Below the pieces are notes generated by a model, which worked only from the letters and a program-made list of their open reading frames with translations, was not told the DNA's origin and ran no database searches. Positions 40,013 to 48,953 of a stretch of 64,000 nt of DNA are shown here, piece after piece (positions within the stretch are counted from its first letter, which is position 1; every line of letters begins with the position of its first letter). The translations under genes and the position numbers were made by a program. Location of the stretch: the IMG/VR virus record IMGVR_UViG_3300036770_001342, positions 32,001 to 96,000 of that record; one strand, 5' to 3'. This stretch comes from a virus.

Positions 40013-41843
40013 TTACTGTTCCGGGACGCCCTGTCGTTTGACTCGTACTATTTTTACTTGTATCCGCTGTGTTTCTAATAGCAAATTCAGGGAACTCTTT
40101 ATATAAATCATCTAGTTGTTTTTTAATAGCATTTCTTTCTGCTGCTTTTGCTTCATATTTTGCTTTTAGACTTGCAACGATACTTGACCCTTGAGGTAGT
40201 GTGTTTTCAGCAAGCCCATGTGCGGTATATGCTGCCATAAATTCTTCATTTTTCTTTTTGAATTTTTCTTTAAGTTCTTTTTGCTTAACGATAAACTCTT
40301 TTCTTTCTTCTGTAGTTTTTTCTATCTTGCCTGACGCTTGCTCACTTACACCTATATAATTAGGTTCTGGTATAGCCGCATCGTTCATAGCATTTCTTAA
40401 TTCGGCTGCTATAGTTTTTCTATCTGGCACAGTATTCACACCGGCACTAGGTGATTTTAATCCTAATCCTGCTGCTGATATCGAACCTAAAGCATTTTGT
40501 AACAGTGATGCTGCTCCTGCAGGGAGTTTGCTTGAAACCATATCTACAAGACCATTTACACCTGATGCATTATTCAATATAGATAATCCTTGTGTCTGTA
40601 TGTTGTTCATAGCGTCTGCTGATAAATTTTTAAGTTCTGCTTGTAAATCAGCAGTGCCGGGTAATTCTGGAGCATTTCCTTTACTAAAGTCGGTAATGCT
40701 AGCAACAGATCCTAGTGATCCGGGTAAGTTGTTTAATCCTGCTGCTAGTGAGGCTGCTGTTGTTGCCAAAGAACCAGTATTAGTGGCTGTAGCAAAATCT
40801 TTAAGTGAGGTGCCTGTAAATGGATTTGATAGAATATCAGGTAGTTCTGCTCCACTATCCATACTTGTACTGCTGCTAAGAGGAACGTTTGCTAAATTCA
40901 TTAATGATTGCCCTACACTGCTTATTCCTTGAGGTAAGCGTGTAGTGCCCGTTAATCTACCTTGTATTTGTTGAGATAATTCGTTAGATGAAGATCCTAA
41001 TGAGGCGTCAGATACTTGTAGTGCTTTTAATTTTTGTAATTCTATTAAATCGTTGGGTTGATTTGGTTTTAGATTAGGTATACTATTTTTAATTGTTTCG
41101 TATGCATCTGCTTGTAATCCTCGACCAGTGCTTACTAAACTACTTGAATTTGGATTTTTTGCTAAACTTTGCAATGCTGTTTCAACACCGCCTAAAGTTC
41201 CTAATCCACTTTCTGCTAACTTGCCTGCATAGTTACCCGCTTCAATATCTTTTTGTGTTTCGTCTAATAATCCTATAGGTTGTCTTTGTATTAAAGTACC
41301 ATTTAAATCTCTATTGCTTTTTATTGTTCCTAAAACACTATCAACACCATTGTTGGCTGCACTTAATACAACACCGTTAATTTCACTAGGTGCTTCTGCA
41401 CCTGTAATTAAACCTGAATTTTGTAACGCTGTTTGCGCTACCTGTAAATTTTTTACAACAGCATTTGATTGTGCCGGAATATTTCTAACAAAACTATTAT
41501 AATCTTTTGCACCTGACTTGCCTGTAAAAATAGCAGGAGGCATTGCCTGTGATATGTCATTGCCTGATGATAACAAACTTTGAACTAAACTACTTGACCC
41601 AGGTTTAATAATACCTGCGTTCTCTAATTGTTTTGGTGTTAGTGCATATTGTCCTATGTAGGTTTCTGCACCTTGCGGTGTTTCAATAGTAGTATAACCC
41701 TTCGTAGCGGCGGGTGCCAAATCACTTTGAACAACATTTTGTGCTATTGTACCCAATGTAGCCTGTGTGGTTAGTGGCCCAATGCTAGGACTTACTTCAG
41801 GAGTTTTTGTTGCTTTTATTATATTGGCACTATCAACTATCAT
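40008..41843 (-). CDS. Virion protein downstream of the spike gene; possible lysozyme-like N-terminal segment and C-terminal coiled coil
   Basis: YIGQYALTPKQLENAGIIKPG motif, Ser/Gly/Ala-rich middle, charged helical C-terminus. Confidence 0.45.
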   Translation of the reverse strand: MIVDSANIIKATKTPEVSPSIGPLTTQATLGTIAQNVVQSDLAPAATKGYTTIETPQGAETYIGQYALTPKQLENAGIIKPGSSSLVQSLLSSGNDISQAMPPAIFTGKSGAKDYNSFVRNIPAQSNAVVKNLQVAQTALQNSGLITGAEAPSEINGVVLSAANNGVDSVLGTIKSNRDLNGTLIQRQPIGLLDETQKDIEAGNYAGKLAESGLGTLGGVETALQSLAKNPNSSSLVSTGRGLQADAYETIKNSIPNLKPNQPNDLIELQKLKALQVSDASLGSSSNELSQQIQGRLTGTTRLPQGISSVGQSLMNLANVPLSSSTSMDSGAELPDILSNPFTGTSLKDFATATNTGSLATTAASLAAGLNNLPGSLGSVASITDFSKGNAPELPGTADLQAELKNLSADAMNNIQTQGLSILNNASGVNGLVDMVSSKLPAGAASLLQNALGSISAAGLGLKSPSAGVNTVPDRKTIAAELRNAMNDAAIPEPNYIGVSEQASGKIEKTTEERKEFIVKQKELKEKFKKKNEEFMAAYTAHGLAENTLPQGSSIVASLKAKYEAKAAERNAIKKQLDDLYKEFPEFAIRNTADTSKNSTSQTTGRPGTVR

Positions 41844-41846
41844 ATG

Positions 41847-43328
41847 TTATCCTCTACCTCTTGTAAGAGGACCTTTAGGTGCAGTAGGTAATTTATTACT
41901 TGCTGCTCCGCTTGTTTGTACATTAACACCCAATCCTGCCATATCCCATGGCGCATGTGCTGGTGCGCGACTAGTAATACTTTTAAGTTTATTTGGTGCA
42001 GCAGTCCAGCCTTTTGTATTATCAAACAATGTATCTGTATGTTGGGTTTGATCAATGACTGGTACAGTTTGTGGGTTGGTTGATGTTTTGCCGGAGTTTA
42101 AATTTACTCTGCTACCATTAACAAATGCTTTTGCACCACTAGCCATACTTATATCACCTTGACTATACATGCTGTATGGACCATCTGCTTTTACTGTATG
42201 TGTGCCTGTAGTATACTGATTGAAGTTTGCTCCCGATCTTACTTTCATATCTTTTTTACTTTCAATCTGTATATTTTCTGCTTGTATATTAAGATTTTTA
42301 GTGGCATGTATGTTTACGTTATTATCTGCGTGTAGGTTTAAATCACCCTGTGTTCTGACGTTTACGCTGTTTGTACTATAAACATCGACAGTTCCTTCTT
42401 TACCCAATTCAATATAACTTTGACCGTTAGCGTGTAGTATCATTAATGTTTGACCACTGTCGCTCATCATAATCTGATGCCCTAATGATGAACGTATGCG
42501 TACTAAGTTATCTTTACCTGCTATGTCGCCGTCATCCATTACAATACTATGTCCACCGCGACGAGCAACAACTTTTAATTGTTTATTTTTTTCTTGTAGA
42601 TTATCAACAACTGTTTCGTCATTGTAGCCGCCTTCATATATTGGACGTCCGGGTGTGCTTACACCAAATCCTACTCTGCTTATATTTTCACGTTGTGCGC
42701 TACTTGTAATAGGACCGCGAATAGGATCTCTAATAACACCCTGCTGCCACATAGTACTTGCTATCCAACTCTGTACAGGTTTTGCGGCAGTCAAATATTT
42801 TGTTGTGTTTGAATATTCAGGGTTATTAGAATTAATATTTGTTGTTGGCAATATAGGTGCATCACCATACTTTTGCGCTTCAGTAGGGTTAGGAACGATA
42901 GCATTAGTTGCGCCTATAGCCGGCACCATTTGTAGTGCATCTGCTTCAGGAATACATCCTATGTAAAACCCACTGTCCAATTGTCCATCAGCAAAAATAC
43001 ACAATACTTGTGTGCCCACATCCGGCGGACTAAACCACATGCCATAACTACTTGAGTTGCCTTTATATGTTCCTTCTCCTGAGTTAGGACTAGTTGCCCT
43101 AGTTAATCCATAAAAAGGACTTAAAAATTGTACCTTACGCCAATTGCGATAATCTTCGGGGTCGGTACCGCTGTTATCTAATAGATAAACTTCTAATGTT
43201 CCCATACGTTTAGGATCGCTATTGTTTTTAACGATACCTATTACAGGTGTTAATCTGGGGTTGGCACCACCACTGAACGGACTATTTCTTTTTGTAGGGC
43301 CTTTGGGTTTTTGTACGTCTTGTGCCAT
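41847..43328 (-). CDS. gp5: Baseplate central spike, gp5/VgrG-like (OB fold plus beta-helix, no lysozyme domain)
   Basis: GIVKNNSDPKRMGTLEV, SYGMWFSPPDVGTQVLC.F, GHSIVMDD, beta-helix repeats, C-terminal RAPAHAPW. Confidence 0.8.
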   Translation of the reverse strand: MAQDVQKPKGPTKRNSPFSGGANPRLTPVIGIVKNNSDPKRMGTLEVYLLDNSGTDPEDYRNWRKVQFLSPFYGLTRATSPNSGEGTYKGNSSSYGMWFSPPDVGTQVLCIFADGQLDSGFYIGCIPEADALQMVPAIGATNAIVPNPTEAQKYGDAPILPTTNINSNNPEYSNTTKYLTAAKPVQSWIASTMWQQGVIRDPIRGPITSSAQRENISRVGFGVSTPGRPIYEGGYNDETVVDNLQEKNKQLKVVARRGGHSIVMDDGDIAGKDNLVRIRSSLGHQIMMSDSGQTLMILHANGQSYIELGKEGTVDVYSTNSVNVRTQGDLNLHADNNVNIHATKNLNIQAENIQIESKKDMKVRSGANFNQYTTGTHTVKADGPYSMYSQGDISMASGAKAFVNGSRVNLNSGKTSTNPQTVPVIDQTQHTDTLFDNTKGWTAAPNKLKSITSRAPAHAPWDMAGLGVNVQTSGAASNKLPTAPKGPLTRGRG

Positions 43329-43330
43329 GT

Positions 43331-45868
43331 TTATCCTTTAAATCTTCCTGTACGTATTAATTCAATTTCGTCAGGTACATATCCTAAATTAAACAACTCT
43401 GCATCACTTAAACTATTTAAATCAGTAGGTTCTCTACCTTGGTTTTCTGTTTGCGGAGCATTGTCAGGTACTGGTTGAACGTTACTGTCATCGTCAGCCA
43501 CTTGTCCTTTAGGAGTGGTAATAGTTTCTTGACTACTTTGCTGTGATGGTGCTGCTTGTGTAGCGGGTGATCCTTCTTGCGGAGCCTTAGCAGGTTTGCT
43601 ACCCGGAAAAGTAGGACCTATCAAGTTTAACGTTTGTTCAAATCTACCATTTGCAAAAACACTATCAACTTCTGTTAACATATAAACGATGTTGTCTTTT
43701 GCTATCGCTTTAACATCATCTGGATATTCTATAAACAAAATATTTTGATTTATTTTTTGTAATCCTGTACCGTCGTTGTAATCTTTGCCTTCTTTAAAAC
43801 TTACTTCTACAAATACTTGTCCACCTTGAGCGTTAACTGTAAAGCCATCGGTGTCGTAGAATTGGTCGTATAGTGAACTAAGTGATGAAACTCCATCACG
43901 TACTAAAAAGTCTGGATCTCCTAAAATTTTCATACGTCCAGAATAGTATGCACCTAAATCATTTAGATAAGTTACAATACTATTTTGTGCTTCTAGTCCT
44001 ACACCCAATGATGAAGTTCTGTCTCCATTATTTCTTACACCGGTAGCGATAGGCATTATTCCGCCACCGGTTGCAGTACCTGCAGGGTTGTCACCACCAC
44101 CGCCGTCTGATCGCAACCCTGTATTACCTGATGATGCACCATTACCTCCGGTACCCGGACCAGAATTATTTGCAGGATTTTGTGCTTCTCTGCCGCCCGC
44201 ACTTGTTTGACCGCCACTTCCAGCCGCGTTTACTGAAGGTCCTAATCCTAACACACTATTAAAATACAGATAGTTAAAATTAAAATTCATATCTAAAATT
44301 TCAGTATTTTGTCCTGTAAACCAATATTCATATCTTTTGTGAGGACCATAATACTTTTTACCTGCTATACCATATGGAGTTTCTATACTAGGTACATCAT
44401 ACATTTGTATAACATAATTCATTTTATATACCCAGTCTCCTAATATTGGATCCCAATTTGCTTCAGTAATTTCTGGTTTAATGTTTACCCATCTAATAGG
44501 TGCAGGTTCTTTTTGAGTTTGTTCGTAATTTTTCTTTTCGACATCGGGTTCTTGGGCGTTAAGAAAAATAGTTTTTAATGCTTTTTCCATAAACGTGCTG
44601 CGTTTAATGATTGTTTCTATCGCTGATATAATCGCAGTGTCTTGATTAAATTGAAACTCTCTTTCTGTGGGTTCCGCAGTTTTATAATTTTGTCCGTCAG
44701 TGGATTCACCGGTCGTAGTCGCAGTTGTTGATCCCCAACGATATTTTTTTAAATCGGCGTCTGAAACTAACGGTGCGTCCTTAATTAAAATTTCTGCATC
44801 GCCTAAATATGTAACTGTGTATTCGTTGGCAAATTTTTGACTTGGAGGATTTATTGTTGTTTTATCTTTTTCTATTTTGTTTAAATTTTTAAACAATCCT
44901 AATTCGCCCATTAATGCGTCATGTACCGTTTTTCCTTTAACTTTATTTCCTTGAGGCATTCTACCACGTTTAATACCAAACAGTGCTTGACCATTTACGC
45001 TTACAGCCTTACATTGATATTGTACTGCTCTGCCATTAATTTGAAATTTCATTTCACTAATTTGAATATCATAAAAATTTTCAAACAATGCATCGCCACC
45101 TAATGGATCAATGGCGTTTCCATAACGTGCATCTGATCCTTTTACTAGTCTACCGTCTTGATCATATCCGTAAAAACGAATACCTAAAACAAAGAACTGT
45201 CTAAATGCATTAAACAATTGTTGATAGTCTGGTGTGCTACTATATGCTTTAAGTGCCTCACTGGCTCTTTTTAAATCACTTAAAAAACTAAATCCATATG
45301 GCTCAGTAATAGTAAATGATAATTCTGATACTGCTGTTGCTGGCGCGCCGGTACTTTTTGTACTAGTAAGTGTTTTAAATCTTAAGTTATCTATAAAATA
45401 ATCTACCGGCTCATTTTGACTTGATGGGGGCATTCTTTGACTGTTTGAATTATTAATACCGCCGCTTTGTGCAACAATAAATGCTCCACCTGTTACAGGT
45501 TTTGAACCTTGCCCCACTGGAGTAGCGCGACTTAATGCATCAATTTTTTTTCTACCTGAAGCCACAAAAGCCTTATATGCGTCAGGAGTAATCATATACA
45601 AACTAATATTGTAAGTGTAACTTGCTAGTTTACTTAACGGGTTGTTTAATCTACGACCGGGTCTGCCGGCTGCAGGAGTTGGTTCTGCAACTCTTTTACC
45701 TGTTACTACAACTTCTTCTAAATCGTCTTTGGTTGTTGAAATACCTATTTCTGGTATTCCATCTGCGCCTATAGTTGCTTCTTGACCTGGGTCTGTTGGT
45801 CCAAATCCATCTACTGCATTTTTCTTATTAGGATTACTATCATCGTTATCCAAATTTTCATTTGCCAT
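43331..45868 (-). CDS. Baseplate hub protein (gp27/gpD-like) with disordered termini
   Basis: Lies between the gp53-like and gp5-like genes; FTITEPYG, MKILGDPDF and VDSVFANGRFEQTLNL motifs. Confidence 0.65.
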   Translation of the reverse strand: MANENLDNDDSNPNKKNAVDGFGPTDPGQEATIGADGIPEIGISTTKDDLEEVVVTGKRVAEPTPAAGRPGRRLNNPLSKLASYTYNISLYMITPDAYKAFVASGRKKIDALSRATPVGQGSKPVTGGAFIVAQSGGINNSNSQRMPPSSQNEPVDYFIDNLRFKTLTSTKSTGAPATAVSELSFTITEPYGFSFLSDLKRASEALKAYSSTPDYQQLFNAFRQFFVLGIRFYGYDQDGRLVKGSDARYGNAIDPLGGDALFENFYDIQISEMKFQINGRAVQYQCKAVSVNGQALFGIKRGRMPQGNKVKGKTVHDALMGELGLFKNLNKIEKDKTTINPPSQKFANEYTVTYLGDAEILIKDAPLVSDADLKKYRWGSTTATTTGESTDGQNYKTAEPTEREFQFNQDTAIISAIETIIKRSTFMEKALKTIFLNAQEPDVEKKNYEQTQKEPAPIRWVNIKPEITEANWDPILGDWVYKMNYVIQMYDVPSIETPYGIAGKKYYGPHKRYEYWFTGQNTEILDMNFNFNYLYFNSVLGLGPSVNAAGSGGQTSAGGREAQNPANNSGPGTGGNGASSGNTGLRSDGGGGDNPAGTATGGGIMPIATGVRNNGDRTSSLGVGLEAQNSIVTYLNDLGAYYSGRMKILGDPDFLVRDGVSSLSSLYDQFYDTDGFTVNAQGGQVFVEVSFKEGKDYNDGTGLQKINQNILFIEYPDDVKAIAKDNIVYMLTEVDSVFANGRFEQTLNLIGPTFPGSKPAKAPQEGSPATQAAPSQQSSQETITTPKGQVADDDSNVQPVPDNAPQTENQGREPTDLNSLSDAELFNLGYVPDEIELIRTGRFKG

Positions 45869-45869
45869 A

Positions 45870-46184
45870 TTAGATACCTAACACTTGTCTTAATGTTTCC
45901 ATTTTAGGTATGTATATTTGAACGCCGGTTACAAAATCAAAGTATGGATCAAAACCCAGTCTGTTAGGATTACGTGCAGCAAACACCCACCACAATCTAC
46001 CATCGCTATACAAGTCATACGCTAATAAATCAGGGCGATATTGATAGACTTCTGGTATGGTATAAAGAACATCGCTAGAGAAACTAGGTATAGGTCTATA
46101 TACCATAAAGTCTAAGAACTTGTCATTAAAAATTCCTGTATCTTTATAAGGACTTGTTGATGGATATAAATTATTCTGTGCCAT
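45870..46184 (-). CDS. gp53: Baseplate wedge protein, gp53/LysM-like
   Basis: YQYRPDLLAYDLYSDGRLWWVF..RNP...G.QIYIP. Confidence 0.8.
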   Translation of the reverse strand: MAQNNLYPSTSPYKDTGIFNDKFLDFMVYRPIPSFSSDVLYTIPEVYQYRPDLLAYDLYSDGRLWWVFAARNPNRLGFDPYFDFVTGVQIYIPKMETLRQVLGI

Positions 46185-47872
46185 TACCAGTGACCTGCTC
46201 CTTTTCTACCTTGTGCTCCGTAACCTCTTATTAAGTTACCGTTAGCATAATCTTTAAGACTAAACACGTTACTTGTTTCATAACGTGACATAATAGGTAC
46301 ACAACTTATTTGTAAATTAATTTTAGTTGGTACATAAGTTACATTTTGTTCATTGACAAACGAACCCGGTTTAAATCCTGACTGTACCCAATCAGGTGCG
46401 GACAATGCACCGCCTGGTGTTAGATTTAAACCTATTGCATTACCTACTGCTGCTATACCTTGTGACAAACGCCCCTGAATGTAATCCTGTGCCATTTGAC
46501 CCCAACCTTTTTTGATGACAGGTTTATTTGGGATATTTGGTGTTCTTTTTCCTGTAATTGTAACTTCTTCTAGTCCGTCACTTTCAGGATTAGCACCTGC
46601 TCTAATATAATCAACATCTGATGGCAATACGTAATTAAAGTTTTGTATTGCTAATGGATGCGCATTGAATTGAAATTCTCCTAACCCATATAGAAAACAC
46701 ATTGGTGGAGGTGTGCCTGGTTTAGGATTTTGATCTTGACCATAAAACATTTTAGTTGCGCTTCTAAAAAAATGTATGACCGCTAATAGATATCTTGCTT
46801 CTGTAGTGTCTTGCGCTGTAAATTCACAACCAATATTAATATTGTCTACATAACTATTTTCATATTGATAATATCTATAGTTGCTATGTGCAGGATCGCT
46901 TGGTTGATAATTTGCCCCATATGTAACTTGAATGTTTGGAGTGTATGGAAAAATTACTCCGTCAGTTGTTCTTAATGGTTCTAGTAATGTATTACTGCTA
47001 TCATTGTAAAGATATGTAGAGCCGGGTGACAATGCTAAACGCACTCTCCAATCTTTTCTTGCTTTAAAATTAGTAGATTCTCTTTGAGTTGTTTGATTAC
47101 GTGCATTGTTGGTTGCGCCGGTCGTACTGTTTGGTCTACGTGCAGTAACTACAACCTCTTCTAATCCATCATCTTCTGGTAAATTAAAATTAGGAGCATC
47201 TACGTTGATAGGACCTGCTCCTATCATACCGGGTTCATCAACTACAAGGTTATCGCCAAAATTAATATTAGGTGCGGAAACATTTACATCTCCTGCAGTG
47301 CCAGGAATATTAGGGTCAGAAATTTCTAAATTGTTATTAAGTCTTGAGCCGGTTACTGTAACAGTAGGTAAGTTAGCATCGGGATCATCAATATTTGTAT
47401 TTGCCGGAAACTGAGCACCTGCTGTACCTGTACCCTGCGCATTTACAGGTATACTTGCGCCCGGACCTTTACCGGCACTACCGGGATCGCCATTACCTGC
47501 ATTATTTGTACTTTGTGTTGATTGTCTAGTTGCTTGCTGCGCTTTAGCATATGCGGCATTAACTTTAGTTACAATTGGTTCTAAACGTTGAGCCAAACTT
47601 GTAAATTGATTCAACAATGCTCTTGCTTGATCTGCTTGCGCTTTACAACCTGCTCTAGTTGCTTGTTCTATAAATTGTGTAAGATAGGTCACTACTATTT
47701 GTGCTTGACCTAAATCTACGTTAACAGCATTTGATATGCTGCTTAGTGAGGGTATATCAGTAGGTAATGTTCCAGACCCGCGACTAATACTTTGATTTCC
47801 TCTACTTAAGTAACTAGTAAAGTCACTACGTTGTTGATCTAATTCTTTTTGAAAATCTGCACAAGTTGCCAT
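46184..47872 (-). CDS. Tail tube initiator/baseplate junction protein (gp48-like) with a long low-complexity N-terminal extension
   Basis: GVIFPYTPNI, FTAQ...EA.YLLA..HF.RS.TKMFYG, G.PPP.C.L.G.G...F motifs. Confidence 0.65.
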   Translation of the reverse strand: MATCADFQKELDQQRSDFTSYLSRGNQSISRGSGTLPTDIPSLSSISNAVNVDLGQAQIVVTYLTQFIEQATRAGCKAQADQARALLNQFTSLAQRLEPIVTKVNAAYAKAQQATRQSTQSTNNAGNGDPGSAGKGPGASIPVNAQGTGTAGAQFPANTNIDDPDANLPTVTVTGSRLNNNLEISDPNIPGTAGDVNVSAPNINFGDNLVVDEPGMIGAGPINVDAPNFNLPEDDGLEEVVVTARRPNSTTGATNNARNQTTQRESTNFKARKDWRVRLALSPGSTYLYNDSSNTLLEPLRTTDGVIFPYTPNIQVTYGANYQPSDPAHSNYRYYQYENSYVDNINIGCEFTAQDTTEARYLLAVIHFFRSATKMFYGQDQNPKPGTPPPMCFLYGLGEFQFNAHPLAIQNFNYVLPSDVDYIRAGANPESDGLEEVTITGKRTPNIPNKPVIKKGWGQMAQDYIQGRLSQGIAAVGNAIGLNLTPGGALSAPDWVQSGFKPGSFVNEQNVTYVPTKINLQISCVPIMSRYETSNVFSLKDYANGNLIRGYGAQGRKGAGHW

Positions 47873-47894
47873 TGTTTTTGTCCCGCAATGCTAG

Positions 47895-47924
47895 TATAAA
47901 TAGCATGTCTGTGTATTATTTATC
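47895..47924. promoter_or_regulatory. Face-to-face late promoters: TATAAATA (+, 47895-47902) and GATAAATA (-, 47917-47924)
   Basis: Exact T4 late consensus pointing at the sigma gene; the opposite-strand copy points at the baseplate operon. Confidence 0.6.
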
Positions 47925-47956
47925 GCCCTAAAAATCACCAATTTTTACTATAGGAC

Positions 47957-47985
47957 TTGACATTCATCGTCGGGCGTTGTATCAT
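47957..47985 (+). promoter_or_regulatory. Sigma70-type promoter of the late sigma factor gene
   Basis: TTGACA (47957-62), 17-bp spacer, TATCAT (47980-85). Confidence 0.75.
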
Positions 47986-48012
47986 TTTTACAACACAATT
48001 ATAAGAGGAAAC

Positions 48013-48909
48013 ATGTCTACAGCAAAAAAACCAGTAAACTATCTAAACAATAAGGATATCTTAAAAGAGATACATGCAAGCAAAACCAGTTTTTGCAGTT
48101 TTTCAAGACAAGAGTATCATCAGTACGATCTAATCATAGATACTCCACAAAACACATTAGAAAAAAGCCTAGCATTAATTTCAAAGCCTAAAAATATTAA
48201 GGCTGCTAGAGAAGCAAGAGCAGCAAGAATTCTAGTTCAGACCGGACAAGAAGTAAAACTAAAGGACATTCCAGTAACCGATCTAGTCTTTCGTGTCATG
48301 ACTTGGGATCATATTCCAGTTAGCCCAAAACAACCACGTAAGGTTGTCAAGAAAAAGACTGCTAAAGACATATTAGAATTTGATGACATAGATGACGAAA
48401 ATCTATTTGAAGATTTAGAGATTGAAGAGACCAAAGATGATGTAGATGACATGGTTCATGTCAAGGTCAACTTCCCTCCTTTTCAACACTATAAGTTAGA
48501 CGAAAACAATTCAGCCGTGTGTGTTGGCAAGAGTCATTGGAAAGGTGGTGTCAAGACTGGTGAGTTCAGTAAAGATCATGGTAAGATCACTGATAAGTTA
48601 GCACGTATGTTTATCATGCTTTGCGAAAAGTATGCCATGAAATTCAACTGGCGCGGTTATACTTACAATGATGAAATGCGTAACAGTGCCATTCTTCAAT
48701 TGACATATGTTGGACTGCGTTTCAACGAGGCTAAATCAGCAAATCCATTCGCATACTACACAGCCGCTATCACAAATAGTTTCTGTCGTGTATTGAATAC
48801 CGAAAAGCGTAATCAAAACATTCGTGATGATATTTTAGAAATGAATGGATTGAACCCAAGTTATACACGCCAAATGCGTGATCAGAAGTTTAACGTTTAC
48901 GAAGAATAA
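48013..48909 (+). CDS. gp55: Late-transcription sigma factor, T4 gp55-like
   Basis: VNYLNNKDIL.EI, FNWRGYTYNDEM, FNEAKSANPFAYYT; adjacent to gp47/gp46 as in T4-like phages. Start placed at ATG 48013 after an AGAGGA RBS. Confidence 0.85.
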   Translation: MSTAKKPVNYLNNKDILKEIHASKTSFCSFSRQEYHQYDLIIDTPQNTLEKSLALISKPKNIKAAREARAARILVQTGQEVKLKDIPVTDLVFRVMTWDHIPVSPKQPRKVVKKKTAKDILEFDDIDDENLFEDLEIEETKDDVDDMVHVKVNFPPFQHYKLDENNSAVCVGKSHWKGGVKTGEFSKDHGKITDKLARMFIMLCEKYAMKFNWRGYTYNDEMRNSAILQLTYVGLRFNEAKSANPFAYYTAAITNSFCRVLNTEKRNQNIRDDILEMNGLNPSYTRQMRDQKFNVYEE

Positions 48910-48918
48910 CCAAAAAAC

Positions 48919-48947
48919 TTGAAGTAAATCAATAACTTACATAAAAT
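48919..48947 (+). promoter_or_regulatory. Sigma70-like promoter, probably giving a leaderless gp47 mRNA
   Basis: TTGAAG, 17 bp, TAAAAT ending 6 nt before ATG 48954; no SD sequence. Confidence 0.5.
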
Positions 48948-48953
48948 ATACTG

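Noticed and set aside
16965-47414. Numerous 60-145 aa plus-strand ORFs inside the minus-strand structural genes
   Set aside because: Antisense shadows of long genes with codon bias; no motifs or RBS.
36106-47872. Bacterial T6SS or extracellular contractile injection system locus
   Set aside because: Linked portal, protease, scaffold, capsid and gp55/46/47 genes show this is a phage genome.
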